DNA of 64,000 nucleotides from assembly GCA_965235115.1 (NCBI GenBank), contig OZ249436.1, positions 44,642,001 through 44,706,000 of the forward strand. The letters are read 5' to 3'. The notes below the pieces were generated by a model. It made no database searches. It was not told the DNA's origin and saw only the letters and a program-made list of their open reading frames with translations. Positions 30,278 through 43,708 of the stretch are shown one piece after another (positions within the stretch are counted from its first letter, which is position 1; each line of letters begins with the position of its first letter). A program made the position numbers and the translations under genes. This DNA comes from Laetmonice hystrix. Lineage: Eukaryota.

Positions 30278-31880
30278 CAGAAACACACCAGTGGGGGGCT
30301 CTGAGGTTGTGGAACTCATTGATTTTCAGGTTTTAGGCACAAAAAATCAATTTTTAAAAACGCGACACTTGGACCTGTCATTATTACCAAATTTGTTTGC
30401 GTAGCAACATTCAGCCCGGCAAGGGAGTAGGCGCGGGAGGGGGATATCCCCCTCCTGTTGGGGGGAGGGGGTACGGAGGCCAGCACCCCCCCAAAAAACT
30501 TGAAATTAAGGGTTGCCTTAGGTGCATTCTGAGTACCGTACTAAGTAAGTGTCAAATGTGGTCTGCTAAGCAAAATGTATAGTTGACAGGTCTGCTTCTG
30601 TTAGTACTTACCATAATGTCTATGCAAAATACGTTTATCTCATTCGAGAGACAGTCTGGGTTGGAAAGTCTCAAAATGTGGTGATTTTTTTTTTTCAGGG
30701 AGAAAGCAGGGCTGACTGCATTATTTTGTTGTTGGGGTTGGGGGTATTACCCCGGTAATCGAAAAGTCCCTTAATTTCTTTGCAATCAACTCCAGAGGGA
30801 GATGGGGGGAGGAGGTTGTAGGGTAGTGAGGTGGGGAGCCACCTATATCCTTGGGGGGGGGGGGGATGATACCCGACAATGGGGCATTTGAGAATAACCA
30901 TAAAAATTTCTACCACATCCATGCACACGCTATCGTTTTTTTACTATGGAAACATACAACTGTCCAATTTCTAGAAAATCTAGTGATTCACTGATTGGGG
31001 TGGAAAATCTGGAGAGGAATAAATTGGGGAGGCGGCCTTGCCTTGAAATATATCCTTCAGGGCTATTGGTCCAGATGGCAATTACCTCTAGCTCTACAAA
31101 TTATTTCTTTCACTCCACTTATATGCGAGTACAAGAAACAATGGTTCCTGAAAAACTTTGCCGTGCTCATGTAGAGAATCTGGTATGTAGAGGTACTGGC
31201 CCAGCACCTTCTGACTGAAATCATGGCTTAATGTTCAATAGTAGGCATCATATGTGTTCAGTGCTTGACAGCACTATACAAGATGTATCAACCTTAGTAT
31301 TAAAATCAACACCCATTTTACATAGTTTTGTCAGGACATGACAATGCTGAATGAGCTGGGTAAAATGTCTGATTCGTCACACACAAAAACAATGGACATT
31401 GCTTAAATGTTTGCAGTGTCCAGTAAGAACAACCATTTTTCAGGAATGTTCAGTGAAGATCCCAAAATGATACAAAATACCAGGTAATATTTGTTTCCTC
31501 ACATTACATCCCACATAATTACCCGTAAGAAATGTGATATACTTTGTAATTTAGCGGGGCTATCATGTCACCAAGGTGATTTGCACTGACGCCGGAATGT
31601 AATGAAGTATGCTTCGGGTTACCACCCTCGGAAAGGCCAACTGCACATTTCAATTTTTTATATCAACCTTTCAGTAACCTTCATGTACCAATATGATTAG
31701 CCATCACAAATTCTAGTCTCCCGACTAAAAAAATCCAAGAATGCATTTCATGGCATTACACAAGCTGTATTTTAACTGGGCACCACTACCTGCTACATGG
31801 CTAGGTTTGCATGTGTAGAGGCTATGGCCAGCTCAAAACTTTATAAATCAGGAGACACTATATTGATCATCACTGCTAAG

Positions 31881-32455
31881 CAGGGCTAGAAAATTCCAGT
31901 GCCAACTCACATTTGGCGATAGAAATTTTAATAAAAAGTGTTGGCTAATAAAATTATAACTTACTTGCACTTCTGGCGAAAAATTGTGTTTTTTTATGTT
32001 TACTTGCCAGTACTAGGCCCCTTATACCTTTATCTAGTAGGCTACTTCATCTGCACCCCGGTCTTCACCAAGGCTAAGACTCAAGAAATCATCACGTTAG
32101 TCGTAAGGACTAATTAACTTGAACACCTTACCATCTAAACTCTTCCTCGATACACACAAAGACATAGGACCAGGACACAGGTAAATCAGCAGGACTCCAG
32201 ATGCAGCCACCCGCCCACTTGCATTTGAAATTTCTTTTCACTGAAAATTAGTGGGGGGATATTCCCCCCACAGATCCTGTGGGGGGGGGGGGGGTGCTGA
32301 TCTAGTAGCTGAATAAATCTCTTCCACCTTCGAGCTAGAGGATCTAATTAATTGCCAGCCATTCAAGTTTGTCTATGGATCAGTCTATTGGCGAGTAGAC
32401 TTCACTGACTAGGCGCCAACTGGCTCCTATATCAAAATCAAATTTTCGAGCCCTG
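31881..32455. mobile_element. TIR element with CAGGGCT termini (hAT-like MITE)
   Basis: CAGGGCTAGAAAATT vs AATTTTCGAGCCCTG (14/15 inverted match); subterminal GCCAA/TTGGC motifs. Confidence 0.7.
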
Positions 32456-32999
32456 ATAAGACCCTTGTTTATCTATATTAATTATATACTAAGGGGCCCC
32501 AGGTTAATCATTTTTTTGGTTTCATGAAATGTTTATGATACAGTTTAGGATTCTTGACGGTTATCAATATCAGTTTTGGCCAATTACTTACAAACCTAAC
32601 TAAGATTAAACGGCACTTCCTATTCGTAGACACATCTTCATCTACCTGGTAAGTACTAGTAATATCATAATGCTTTAATTTAAATAGCCAGAAGTCGAGT
32701 TAGAATCTACATGGACCAAACATCAACATCACAGATCTTTTATAGTTTTAAGAAGACTACTGAAGTACCGGGTACTTAGACTTAGTGAGTACAAGTACTG
32801 CTTGTTGTAGTAGTAAGACCCAAAGTCTAAGACCAGGGGTATGACATCACCCTGCCATGTTGGTTGACCTCTAGGCCTACTCAGTCACGTATCCCATGGC
32901 CACTCTCCCCCCCCCCCCCCCCCCCTCCAAACCCCGTCCGGTGACCATGGCCACAGAAAGTTGAAACTTTTCCTCACCAAAAATATCTTCAATCAGGAC

Positions 33000-34600
33000 C
33001 TCAAACTATCCAGTACTCTCACCACTTGTACTCCACTATATCTAGAACTAGAAGGCAGCAATTATTTGGCAATACTATCCTACTAAATGATCTATTACGC
33101 GAATTTACTTCCGCCCTCTGCAAGTCCATTTTGTCGGCAGGCCGACTGCTGAACCTCCGGCCATAGACGGCCACCTCGGCCGTGCCGAGTGAATGGACGC
33201 CAAGCGCTAACACAGCCTACCCATGTGCTCCAAAACTTTCAAAACAAACCGGCACAACCGGGTTACATCGTCACACTTTTCCATGGAAACACATAAACAA
33301 ACTCTCAGAGTAGCGTACCGTGAGTTGGAATGCCGGCAGATCGGGTCGAGGAGATTTTCAAAGTGACCATCTTCGATCTTCAACAACCATCAAAACCAAG
33401 TGTCACACACCGGTGGCACTGTGAGTGGCTTCACTTTACACTGAACACCTTGTCAGAATCTGGGTTGGATTCCCCCTCCCCCGGGCTTACCGGCCCATTA
33501 CACAATTTCGCAAAGTACAATCAATATTTGGGTAACTGGTAGGCATTAGTGCAAGTAACTAATTAAAATTCGTCTGGAAGTAAAAATATGAATATATTGA
33601 CGAACCTTCGACCATATGTATCTTTCTTGTGCAAGCCATGATCCGACCGGGTTGAAATTAAAAGCACAATGGATTCTCGACAGGAGAATATCTCCCGTAT
33701 GTGACACGCCTGTGGAGGGGATTTCCACAAATTCTGCTCGATACGTATAATTTGCATCATCAAACATCCTCAGAGTCATAACACTAGCATTTACTCTGTC
33801 TAAAAACACGCTTACCTGTGTCATATGTCCATGCATAAATGAGAAAAGCTTAATTATCGCCACTGATCAGGATGCGAATTCTCCCTACCGTCATGCACCC
33901 ACTGATCGTGAATGACATGGATGGAGTTCCCCCATTCACAGGCCGTCCACATAGGCCCACGTTGTAGTGGCGCAAGATTTCAAATCTCCAGCCACAAACC
34001 ATGAAGAAATATCTCAAAACTGCTGTCAGAAAGGACAAATAAGTGATATATTCAAGATATTAAGTGGAATTCATTCAGTTTATCGCCTGGATGTCTGAAA
34101 ACTTACCCGTGTTTGTCACGACGTCATGGGCCAGCTGGGTGTCCGGTGCTGGTCTTGGATGACACGGGTGATACACAAGTGGGTTTCCTGTAAATTTAGA
34201 ATTATTGCTGTAATCCAACGTCTTCCCCCCAATAACCAGTGAAATTTGTGTATTATAGTCTTCCAAATGAGATTTTAAACTCTGTGTGACACTGACGGTG
34301 TGGCTACAGCCGGCAGTGTCAACTGTGTTCCCCACGCTATCTGGCGGTACTATCTACAGACAGTTTCACCCCAAAAATATGGCTGACCTTTTTCTTCCAT
34401 ATAAATGTGGGGTTCACAACTTGCAGCGCAGGGCGCAAACAAACAACTTGTTTACCGTAAACAATGTATTAAAATTGCATGACATGATTGGATTAACCGT
34501 AGCATGTGACCTACTTTGCTGACCAATATCTCAATTGACTCAGGTCACGTGGTTCAGCAGGTTCCCCCTCCCCGCCCCTGGTTGTTTACTAAACAACTCT
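33000..34600 (-). promoter_or_regulatory. Putative GATAD2 promoter and untranslated first-exon region
   Basis: CpG-richer stretch with clustered CCAAT/ATTGG, TGACTCA, GGTCACGTGG, CCCGCCCC and TGTTTAC motifs at 34450-34590. Minus-strand donor-like sites near 33020 (G|GTGAGA) and 33317 (G|GTACGC). Inference only. Confidence 0.35.
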
Positions 34601-37475
34601 GCATGTGCATGCCTCTAGAGTCTTTATAAGACAAGGGACGCCACGATAGGGATTGGCCATCAATGCCAAAACTATGTACCAAACGAGCTCCGAAAGTGAC
34701 ACTAGCCAGACAACAGGGTCAGTATAAAACTGTGAATGAGTTACGGAGACCCGGGCCTGGTCAACTCAACTTGTCTCAAGGCTATGTTGGTTGGCCTAGC
34801 CCTAGGACTAGGTCTAGGCTAGGCCTACCAGTTAGGCCTACTGGTAGGCTTGAGAGTGAGGTTTTTATTTTTTGCCCCTAGGCCTAATTAATTTACTAGG
34901 CCTAGGCCTATATGACATGCCTACTATAGACATGGGCTGCAGTTAGAGACGATTATTTTAGGCCTACCCCAATAGGCCTACCCTAGCTCCAGTCTGAGCT
35001 CAGTTGTCTGAATTTATTTTACTTCTAGATAGTATTTATTTAAATTTTAATGCACGAATTAAAAAAATATATTAGGCCTAACCCTAGGCTTCACTTTCTT
35101 AATTGTTCACATAAAAAAGGCGGGGATTCAGCTTTTTTGTCTAATTTTTGCCCCCCCCCCCAAAAAAAAGTATCTAACATTTTGTTTTAAATTATTGTGT
35201 AGGCCTATACACGAGTAAATTCTCAGGCATAATGTGTACACTCAAGTGGGCTCGGGCAGGCCACATTTTTTAAAAACTTAATTTTTCTATATGACTAGGC
35301 CTATACCGTAACTTTTTAATCACTCTGTATAAGACCTGATTAATGCCCCCACAGAATTCCTGCGCGTCCGTGGCAACCACTTTGGACGAGTTTAGACATT
35401 TTGAAGATCGTATATCATACGGGGTAAAGTGTATAATGTGCTGCTTGGTTGGTAATATTACCCGCCTTTAGTGTCCAGGAAAGCTCTGCTGACATGTGAG
35501 CCCCTTCGCCCACCGCTTGGTCGCCCCCAACAAATAACATTGTACTCCCGTACCATTATTCACGCTCTTCATTTGTCCGCTGATCCACTTCTTTCTTCCC
35601 TTCGTCCCTCCACATGCTGCTTGCGCATGTGCACTGAGTCTGATGGAGACTATACGCGGAACTGCGTTCAAAAGAGTCATTACCTATTCACAATCTTACA
35701 TTTGCGTAAGGGTTTCACCTATCCTGCGGGTGCCACAGACAACCCGCCCTTATAACACACATTTACCTCTGATCAGAAACGAGCCTTATCGAATGTCTAT
35801 GGTTTCGAGGAAATTTTAGGCGAGGATCGTCTTTTCACCAAATTTAAATAAGCGCGAAAGTTTCTTTAGCTACAAAATGTTGATTGAACAAGACTGACAC
35901 CTGGGGGCGAGTGGCCGCCACAAGTCTACCACTATTATCCTGCACTGGCATCACCAGAAAACTTACCACCGGGACGGAGCCACTCGGTTGACCAGTGTCG
36001 CAGAACTCAGTTGATAGACATTCCCGCCAGATTTTACGGGACTTTCCATTATTGTATAAAAATCCACCAAAATTTTCATATTGCCAAAGTATTGATGATG
36101 CAGATAGTTCCTAAGACGTTAACATGATTGCAAGCAGTAGAGGTTCGTGTGTTCGTTTTTGAAGAGACACTTTTCAGAAAATTACTTCCTCACATGTGCA
36201 GGACTTGGTATAGAGTGCATTTCTATTCGAAACTACGCGGGAACTTTGTGTTGTCGAAACACGGAGGTAGCAGAACTTCCAGACACTGTCTGAGCTTATG
36301 TATATTGCGATCACTTTCTATCGGCTCATTTGTTGCTGGGACCAAATATTTTTCTACACTCAGTAGCTATCAAGCTTCTATCCCGCCCTTGCAGTAGGCC
36401 TATTTGCAGACAATGACTTGATAACCAAGAAAACGTATTCTATATCAGCAGGTCCAACACTGCGGCAAATTTCAAGGTATACAGGCCTATAGTCTAGCTA
36501 AACGTCTCTATGGAAGTCTTTCCCGTTTTGCCCTATTCCTGCTCAATCGAACAGGTACGCATGCACAATAATGCCTTTAGCCCCCGTCCCCAGGCCTATT
36601 ATGGCCAAACGGACCACGAGATGTGCTTAAAATTGATTAAAAAATCACCAATTCAGGCCCCCCGTATAATTTCCATCAAAATTATTGAGGGGGCTAGATA
36701 ATTTCCATTGAAATATTGAGAGCGCTAGACAAACAGATTAAAATAGGCTAATTATTAGGCACTGCTGAAAATATTGGGGATGGCTTTAGCCCCCCCCCCC
36801 CCCCCCGGAATTACGGCTCTGTAGCATTATATTACACCAATTCAGTGTATGACATTAATTAGCTATAGGTCTATACTGAAAGATAGCGCCTCTTAATATA
36901 TTACGCTGACTGAGATTTATCTTGATGAACCAAGGTGAGAATACCAAGAAAAAGTAAATATTGCAGTTTAGGCAAGTATTGATAGGCCTATACGAAATTA
37001 GCTACTTCAGTGCAGAAAGGAACATTAGGCCTAATTCCTACAACCAGGGCTGTGCATTGAGGCAGAAGAGGCCCATGCCTCATTTGTTGTTTACCAGATT
37101 TCTTTTTTTTTTTAAAGTAGCAACATTTAATTGACTAATTTTTTTTAGTTAAAAGTGTCCCTTGGGTACCTTCGGATAGCAAAATTTGATGCCCAGAACG
37201 ATAAATTTTGGGGGAGCATGCCCCAGACTCCCTATAGAATGGTTGTCTTCGCCCCGGCGTCGCTTTTTAAGGTCTGGTTCCGGCCCTGGCCACAGTAACT
37301 TCCCCTGTATAATGGTACCGTAAAGGTCAGTACAGTCATGAGGAGTAATTTCAAAAGGTAAAACGTAGGGGGGAGGGGGTCAGGTGTAGATCTAAACCAC
37401 ACGGATTAATTCAGGCGGTTGAAAAAAATCAACTAGGGGCCTATATAGCCTAGTAGGCTATCCATAGTTCGCTAA

Positions 37476-37643
37476 AGGGCCTGATCCACTAAGGCGATTT
37501 TCCTTGCGACGTCCCTTAACGGATGTAACCCATTTCCTTAAACAGGGAAGGCCAGCCAGGAAAAATTTCAGAGTGAAATTCCACCAATAAATCAAAAATC
37601 GCTTGTCCGTCGCAAGGGAAATCGCCTTAATCGATCAGGCCCT
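37476..37643. mobile_element. Harbinger-like MITE with ~36-bp TIRs
   Basis: AGGGCCTGATCCACTAAGGCGATTTTCCTTGCGACG vs CGTCGCAAGGGAAATCGCCTTAATCGATCAGGCCCT. Confidence 0.78.
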
Positions 37644-40600
37644 GTCTAGTATAGGCCTATAGTGGAGGCGGGAGATCTTGGTGCTTTGTTTTTCGCATTA
37701 CTTATTGAAATTGTAGAAGATAGTTCCTAATAATTCGAAATGAAAAAAAAAACCCTTCTACACGTCTGCTACCCCATCAGGACAAGGCCGGTATCCTCAC
37801 CTATCCTCGCTCAGAATAGTCAGATTCTGCACCGTGCTTTTCTGCACAGCTTCGCGCTGACCGAGCGCTGCCGGGCATTCCAACGTCTAACAGCGCCCCT
37901 GGTGGAACGCTGGGTAAACTCATCAAATGTCTGTCACCAGGGCCGTCTAGCCTGGGGGGGGGGGGGGGGGGGGGTGCTTTTGCTGGTGGTCTAAAAAGGT
38001 CAAAGGCTCCTGAAGTTAGCCTGCCTACCTTCAAAAGGTCAAACACAAAACACATATCAGGGCTGCCCCCCTTCACTTTGAAATAGGCAGCGGCGCCCCA
38101 CTGAATCACCGAGGTCTAGCAAAGGGGGACCTCGACGGCTCATCCATAATAGGCCTGGGTAACGACATGAAAGTCGAATAGGAGGCCCACCGAACGAAAA
38201 CTTCTCGGCTATTTAACCAAAGAATTATCCCATCGCCTTTGATTCATTAAAGAAAGACGCCCATCACATTCAGGAAGAGTCTTTCGGGAAAGTTATCGTT
38301 GAAATTCAAAATGTTGTTCAGAAGACGTAGATCTATGCCTTCCTGTGAGCGGACTCTTAATAGTTTTTATCTTCCTCGGTAGATGGCGGTAGTGCCAACA
38401 TGAGCCCCGGCGGCAAACGGCCAGTGACCCAATCAGTGAGTCTGCAAGGCGGTTTCAATCATATCAGTTTTCTCTTCTTTGTGAGGGATTGTTTATTTCG
38501 AATATATCGTGTTTTAACATGAGGTGAACAACGATAAACCTGTAACTCGATGGCGATACAGATGGCGATTCATTTGAAAAGAAACGCAAATTCTGCTGAT
38601 TCGGGATCCAGACTGACTGAGGGGCAGAAGCCAGGAGCTAGCTCCCCACTCTTTCATCAATTTTTGGTCTTTTTCTCATGGTGATTCTGAATTTGCCACA
38701 TTGGGCCCCTTTTACCAGATTTCCCCCCCTGGGCGACACCATTTTTCAAAATCCAGCATCCACCCCTAAAACATCTGGCCGAGTTTCAATCAAGTAGACT
38801 TTTTGGAAAGGCGTCTCGCCCTCCGAACTTGAGAGGGGGGGGGGGGGGGGGGCAAAACATGTCTTGATTGAATTTTCTGAGGAACACAGGAATACCTTTG
38901 TGCCCATTGTAAAACTTAAGGCGTATAGTTCCACTCCCACCCCACCCTCACCCCACAGCTCCTATAGTCCCTGATGTGGGTCATATGATGAGAATAGGCC
39001 TACGACCTCCACTTTAGCGTTGGTTCAGTCGTGTTCAAGGCCCGTTCCTTTTCCGCTGTCTGAATTTCGCTGAATTACGTATATCTGTTGTGATCATTAG
39101 TTTCGGAAGACAAAAAAAAGAGCACTTTTGGTTGTAAAAAGGGCACTTGGGGAAATTTGAGGGGGGGGGGGGGTGTCCGGAAGTCGCCGACCCCCCCCCC
39201 CCCCCCCCCCCCCACCTTGGATCCGCCACCGGGGTGACGATAGAGCTACACCGGAACACTTCGTCAAAAGATGGCAGCGCTTTGCGCCCTCTATTGGAAA
39301 AGAAGCACACCAGCATGATCACCCGCCACCTTGCCGACACATTATCGAGAGATCCCTGATTTCACAGAGTGGCTCAAAGTAGATTTATACCTACAGTTAG
39401 GTGAACCTACTACTTAAATTTTAATTTTGTATTAATTATATCATTAATCTGTTTCACTCCGTCATAAATATTGCATGACAGTAAAATGACAAGTCAACTG
39501 TAAACATGTTTTTGAGCCCTGATAAAGTAATAAAAATTAAATTTTGAAACCTACTTTTGAACCAGTCTATATCTTACCTTTAAGGACACGAAGACTCCAA
39601 TGATGAGACAATGTTGGTGCGTACATTGTGTGAGAAACTCTACTAGTTACACTACTTTAAACAAATATAATTTGAGTTGTGAAACCAGGGACTAGCGTGA
39701 TTCCCATGAAGTCTTCAAACAATCATCTCGAGAAGGTCAAAGTTACAGTTTAAAACGTCGTTTTTATCAACTGTGTTGACTACACTGGACGTTTCAAACT
39801 GGTAGGTGAGAGTAAAGGATACCCAAACATGATGCCATTTGTTTTTAATATGAAAGTTTTAATATGAAGATTGCTATACATGATTATATAATTTACTTGT
39901 CATTGATGGAGTTCTACACGTGACGTCTGAAATCTGTAAAATGCCAGACCAGTGTTCTCTGAACTAAACCACAAGGAGTGATTCCACATTACACATGCAA
40001 TAACCAAGCCTTCCTCGCCTCCACCTTCATCTCAACTTAGCACCTTTCAATTGCCAGCCTTCTCGATAAAGGTTCTTTGGAGTTTTATAATTTATAACGG
40101 ATATTTTTAGATTTGATTAAGGAGAAACTAAAAACAAATTCATTTATGTAGAGATACAAGAGGTACTGACGAATAATTCATCCACATAAGCAAAGACATG
40201 AATTTCATTCTTATGTTGTTGAATGAGTGAATAAAAAAGTCTTAGTTCTTAATTCGAAAATGTTTCGTTGTCAATACATGTATAAGAAAACCGCATGAAC
40301 CCAACATTAGGTACCGGTATTACCGTACATGAAAACTTGTGTTAAACAAGGTTTAATCATAATTATATAAGAGAACAGTAGTGATCATAATAAAATACAT
40401 CTATTTCATTTCGTACTTAATAAGTATTCAAACAAGTTTTCATCAAATCATGGCAGATGTTGGTGCTCATTTAAATAATGGCTTATAATGTTTATGATCA
40501 AAATAATTCAAATGTTGCGACTGGACATCTTGGCCTCTGCTGTGTGGATTCAACACAATAGAAGAACATGAGGAACAGATCTACAGCAAGGCTGGACGCA

Positions 40601-43600
40601 AAAATTATGTACAAACTGAGAAATGACAATCTGATTGAATGAAGAAGACATGGCCTAGTAACATCAGGTCAGGTGTACTGGTTGTGCTGCCTGTGTGTTT
40701 TTTTTATAAATGTACAGATTAGTACTGACCACTTCCGAGCGGGCACTGGGGACGGCTTCGGCCGGAGGGGGGGGGGGGGGGGGGGGATTGTGTCCGTGAT
40801 TTGGGTGGGTCATTTTATCTGCATGGCCCAGGATTCGAGCAACAAACCAAAGTCAACCAAAGAGGAGCTCATATTGCTTTCTGCTCTAAAAGGGATATGG
40901 CAGAAGGGCTCGATCCCATAATAATAATACCGTAATAAGGAAAACTTTAAATAATCCTTTAACATTACTTCAACCAGTATTATCCTGGACTAGACCATCG
41001 GTTTCAGTGTCTGGTTCTTGTTTTTTAACATGCATAGCATAATTTTTGGAAGCTGTAAATCTGTATAGTTGTAATTTCGAAGCGCCTGGGCTGGCAACCA
41101 AACATCAAAGTTTTATACAATTGTCTCAAAATTATACAATTCATTCAGAGCAGACATAACTTTGACCAACACAAACTGTTGAGATTTTCCCGATGCAGAT
41201 GCTGCAATATCACATTGACAATGTTGGACCGGTTGCTGGTATTGTCCAACAATGGAAACATTGAATAGACATTGTTCTTCTGTCAAGAAATTCTAGCACA
41301 CATAATCTATAACAACAACTCACGGCTTAATGTACAACAAAGCTGGCACGAAATAAATTACAAAACTATTGTGGCATGTCGTTGGAGGCCATACCGCTGG
41401 CTAAGAGCAAGAATATCCTAAGTGCAAAATTGATGTTTTGAGATTGGCATATCTATTTTATGGAGATACAATACTCTGCAACATATTATACCACCTTAAC
41501 TGTTTTGTACATGTAGATACAATATAGCTGCACAGATGCGTATTCATGAGACCTAATGTTCCATTAAACCAAATTTTCAATTTTTGCAGATACCATATTC
41601 TTGCTTTCAGGCAGCGATATGTGGTATGTGTACTGTGTACATGGCTAACCTACATGAACGAACCACATCGGCTGCAGAACATCTTTTACAGATGAACATA
41701 AACTTGAGGGTGACAAATGAAGACTTGTGTTCATGTAGTGTTATTATATTTACACAACATGTACATGTTTTCCGTTTGTAATTCTGGTATACAGATTACA
41801 GCGGCTGGATGCACTTTGCCAACACAAAACACAAAATGTTTGGAAATAGCGCAATATTTCAAACGATTAATTTTACATGCACACGTCGGTGACAGAAACC
41901 TGCTAGTTGTTGTGACCACCCAATCCCTACACAATCATGATTATAGTGTCCAATGATATTTTCAACCAACTCAGAATTAATGAAATACGCAGGCCTTTTT
42001 TTAAACACACTGAATTACTCCACTGATATTCAGCAATGAGTTAATCGAGAAAAAGTATCAAATTATATTTACTATTATCCCAGAATGTGAAATAGGTTCT
42101 AAATAAGTTTTGAAAACATTAACATGCAAACTAAGGTAAACGTTGTGCAATAACAAATGAAGGTAGAAGTGAAAATTCAGCTATTGTTACAAAAATCTAG
42201 ACCAAAAAAATTAAAAATTGTTGCAGACACTTTTTTTTACATCCCATAAGAATGGTATTTATTCTGTTATCGGTAGTGGATGAGAGTTTCTGTTAACATA
42301 TACAATATACAGTGCTGTCCAAGAGATGTTTGCTGGGTCCACTGCAGATAGAGGAGGTGGCCCACTGCACATACCTTTAACACCTCAGTCCCTGGCAGTG
42401 CAATGACAAAGGATGACTTATAATGGCTACGATTAATGACTGGATGAAACCACATTTATTTACACGATGGATGCGTGATGTATGGTGAAACAGGCCATGG
42501 GAGAAATGTGGGACAGCATACAGATGGCTAAACTAGCAAGGAGCACAAAATAAATGGCTGTTTACGGTCGACGGCAGCGCTCCCTAGCGGCCCAGTAATC
42601 TCGGACGCCCCCTCGTGGCATAAGGTCGTACTGCTTCCACATTGAACATCGACTGCTAAGGACAAACCCGACACTGGCTCAGCGACAACTAATCCCGGTA
42701 TTCTAATTTTATCATCCTTTGATAAATTATAAAACTTTGATTCTGCAAGATTTGACTTCAATTTATCGATTTCCCATTTAGTGAACCAGTTTTTGTGCAG
42801 GCATTTTTTTTCTTCTCATTACTTCAAAAGATCTTAATGCCATGTGTTCAGTGATCAGTTTCTTAAATTGTATTACAAAGAAAACATGCCCAGGAATGTT
42901 GCGAAGGAGAAGGAACTATAGGTCGAGAGACTAAAATCCCCGCAGGCGCCCGTATAAAAGTGAACATCTGATCAGCACATATTCCGAATGTTGACGTTCA
43001 ATGGAGCAAGGACCTGGGATACAAGTACGAAATCTGGGCCGTCTGAGGGTAGTTGATCTGCTGACTGACTCAACAGCTCTGCTAGTCTACCACACTCAGT
43101 GTTAGGGGCTGTGCCACATGGTACACCAGCAACCTAATGTGTACAAAATTTATACTTACAATGTAATCAACTTTGTACATCATGTATATCAGTAAAATTG
43201 TACCAGATGTTCTATCTCCGTATCTTCCTATGCATTGCACATACAAAAATAGGAACTTTTCACCTCACAGAAATACATTTTGATATAGATTTACCTCTTG
43301 CTGTCTGAGAAAGAAACACTATTATTTAACATTGACATTCATTGCCAGGCAGGGGTTGTCGTTTCTCAAGACATTGCATACAGTAAATTACTAACGTGTT
43401 GCCGACGGCCGACAACAACTGTTTTTTTTTTGGAGACTTTTATCTTCTTTTCCGTTCCACATCAGGAAAGCACCAGGTTTTGTTGCCATGGCAAGTATCC
43501 CGTGGCAATAAGTTAGGGTGTTGCCATGGTGCTTGGATTGGTTTGTCATTGACAAACCAATAGTTGTGGTGTCGAGCCGGGGCCTGCGCCCTGCTTGGTC

Positions 43601-43708
43601 TCGGTGTGACCATCTCGTCTGACGCTCGGTGATGGGTCCTGCCAGGACGAAGGTGCTGGCCCCATGGCGACGGGTTTCTGTGATTGGTCTCAGCGTAACC
43701 AGTAGAGA

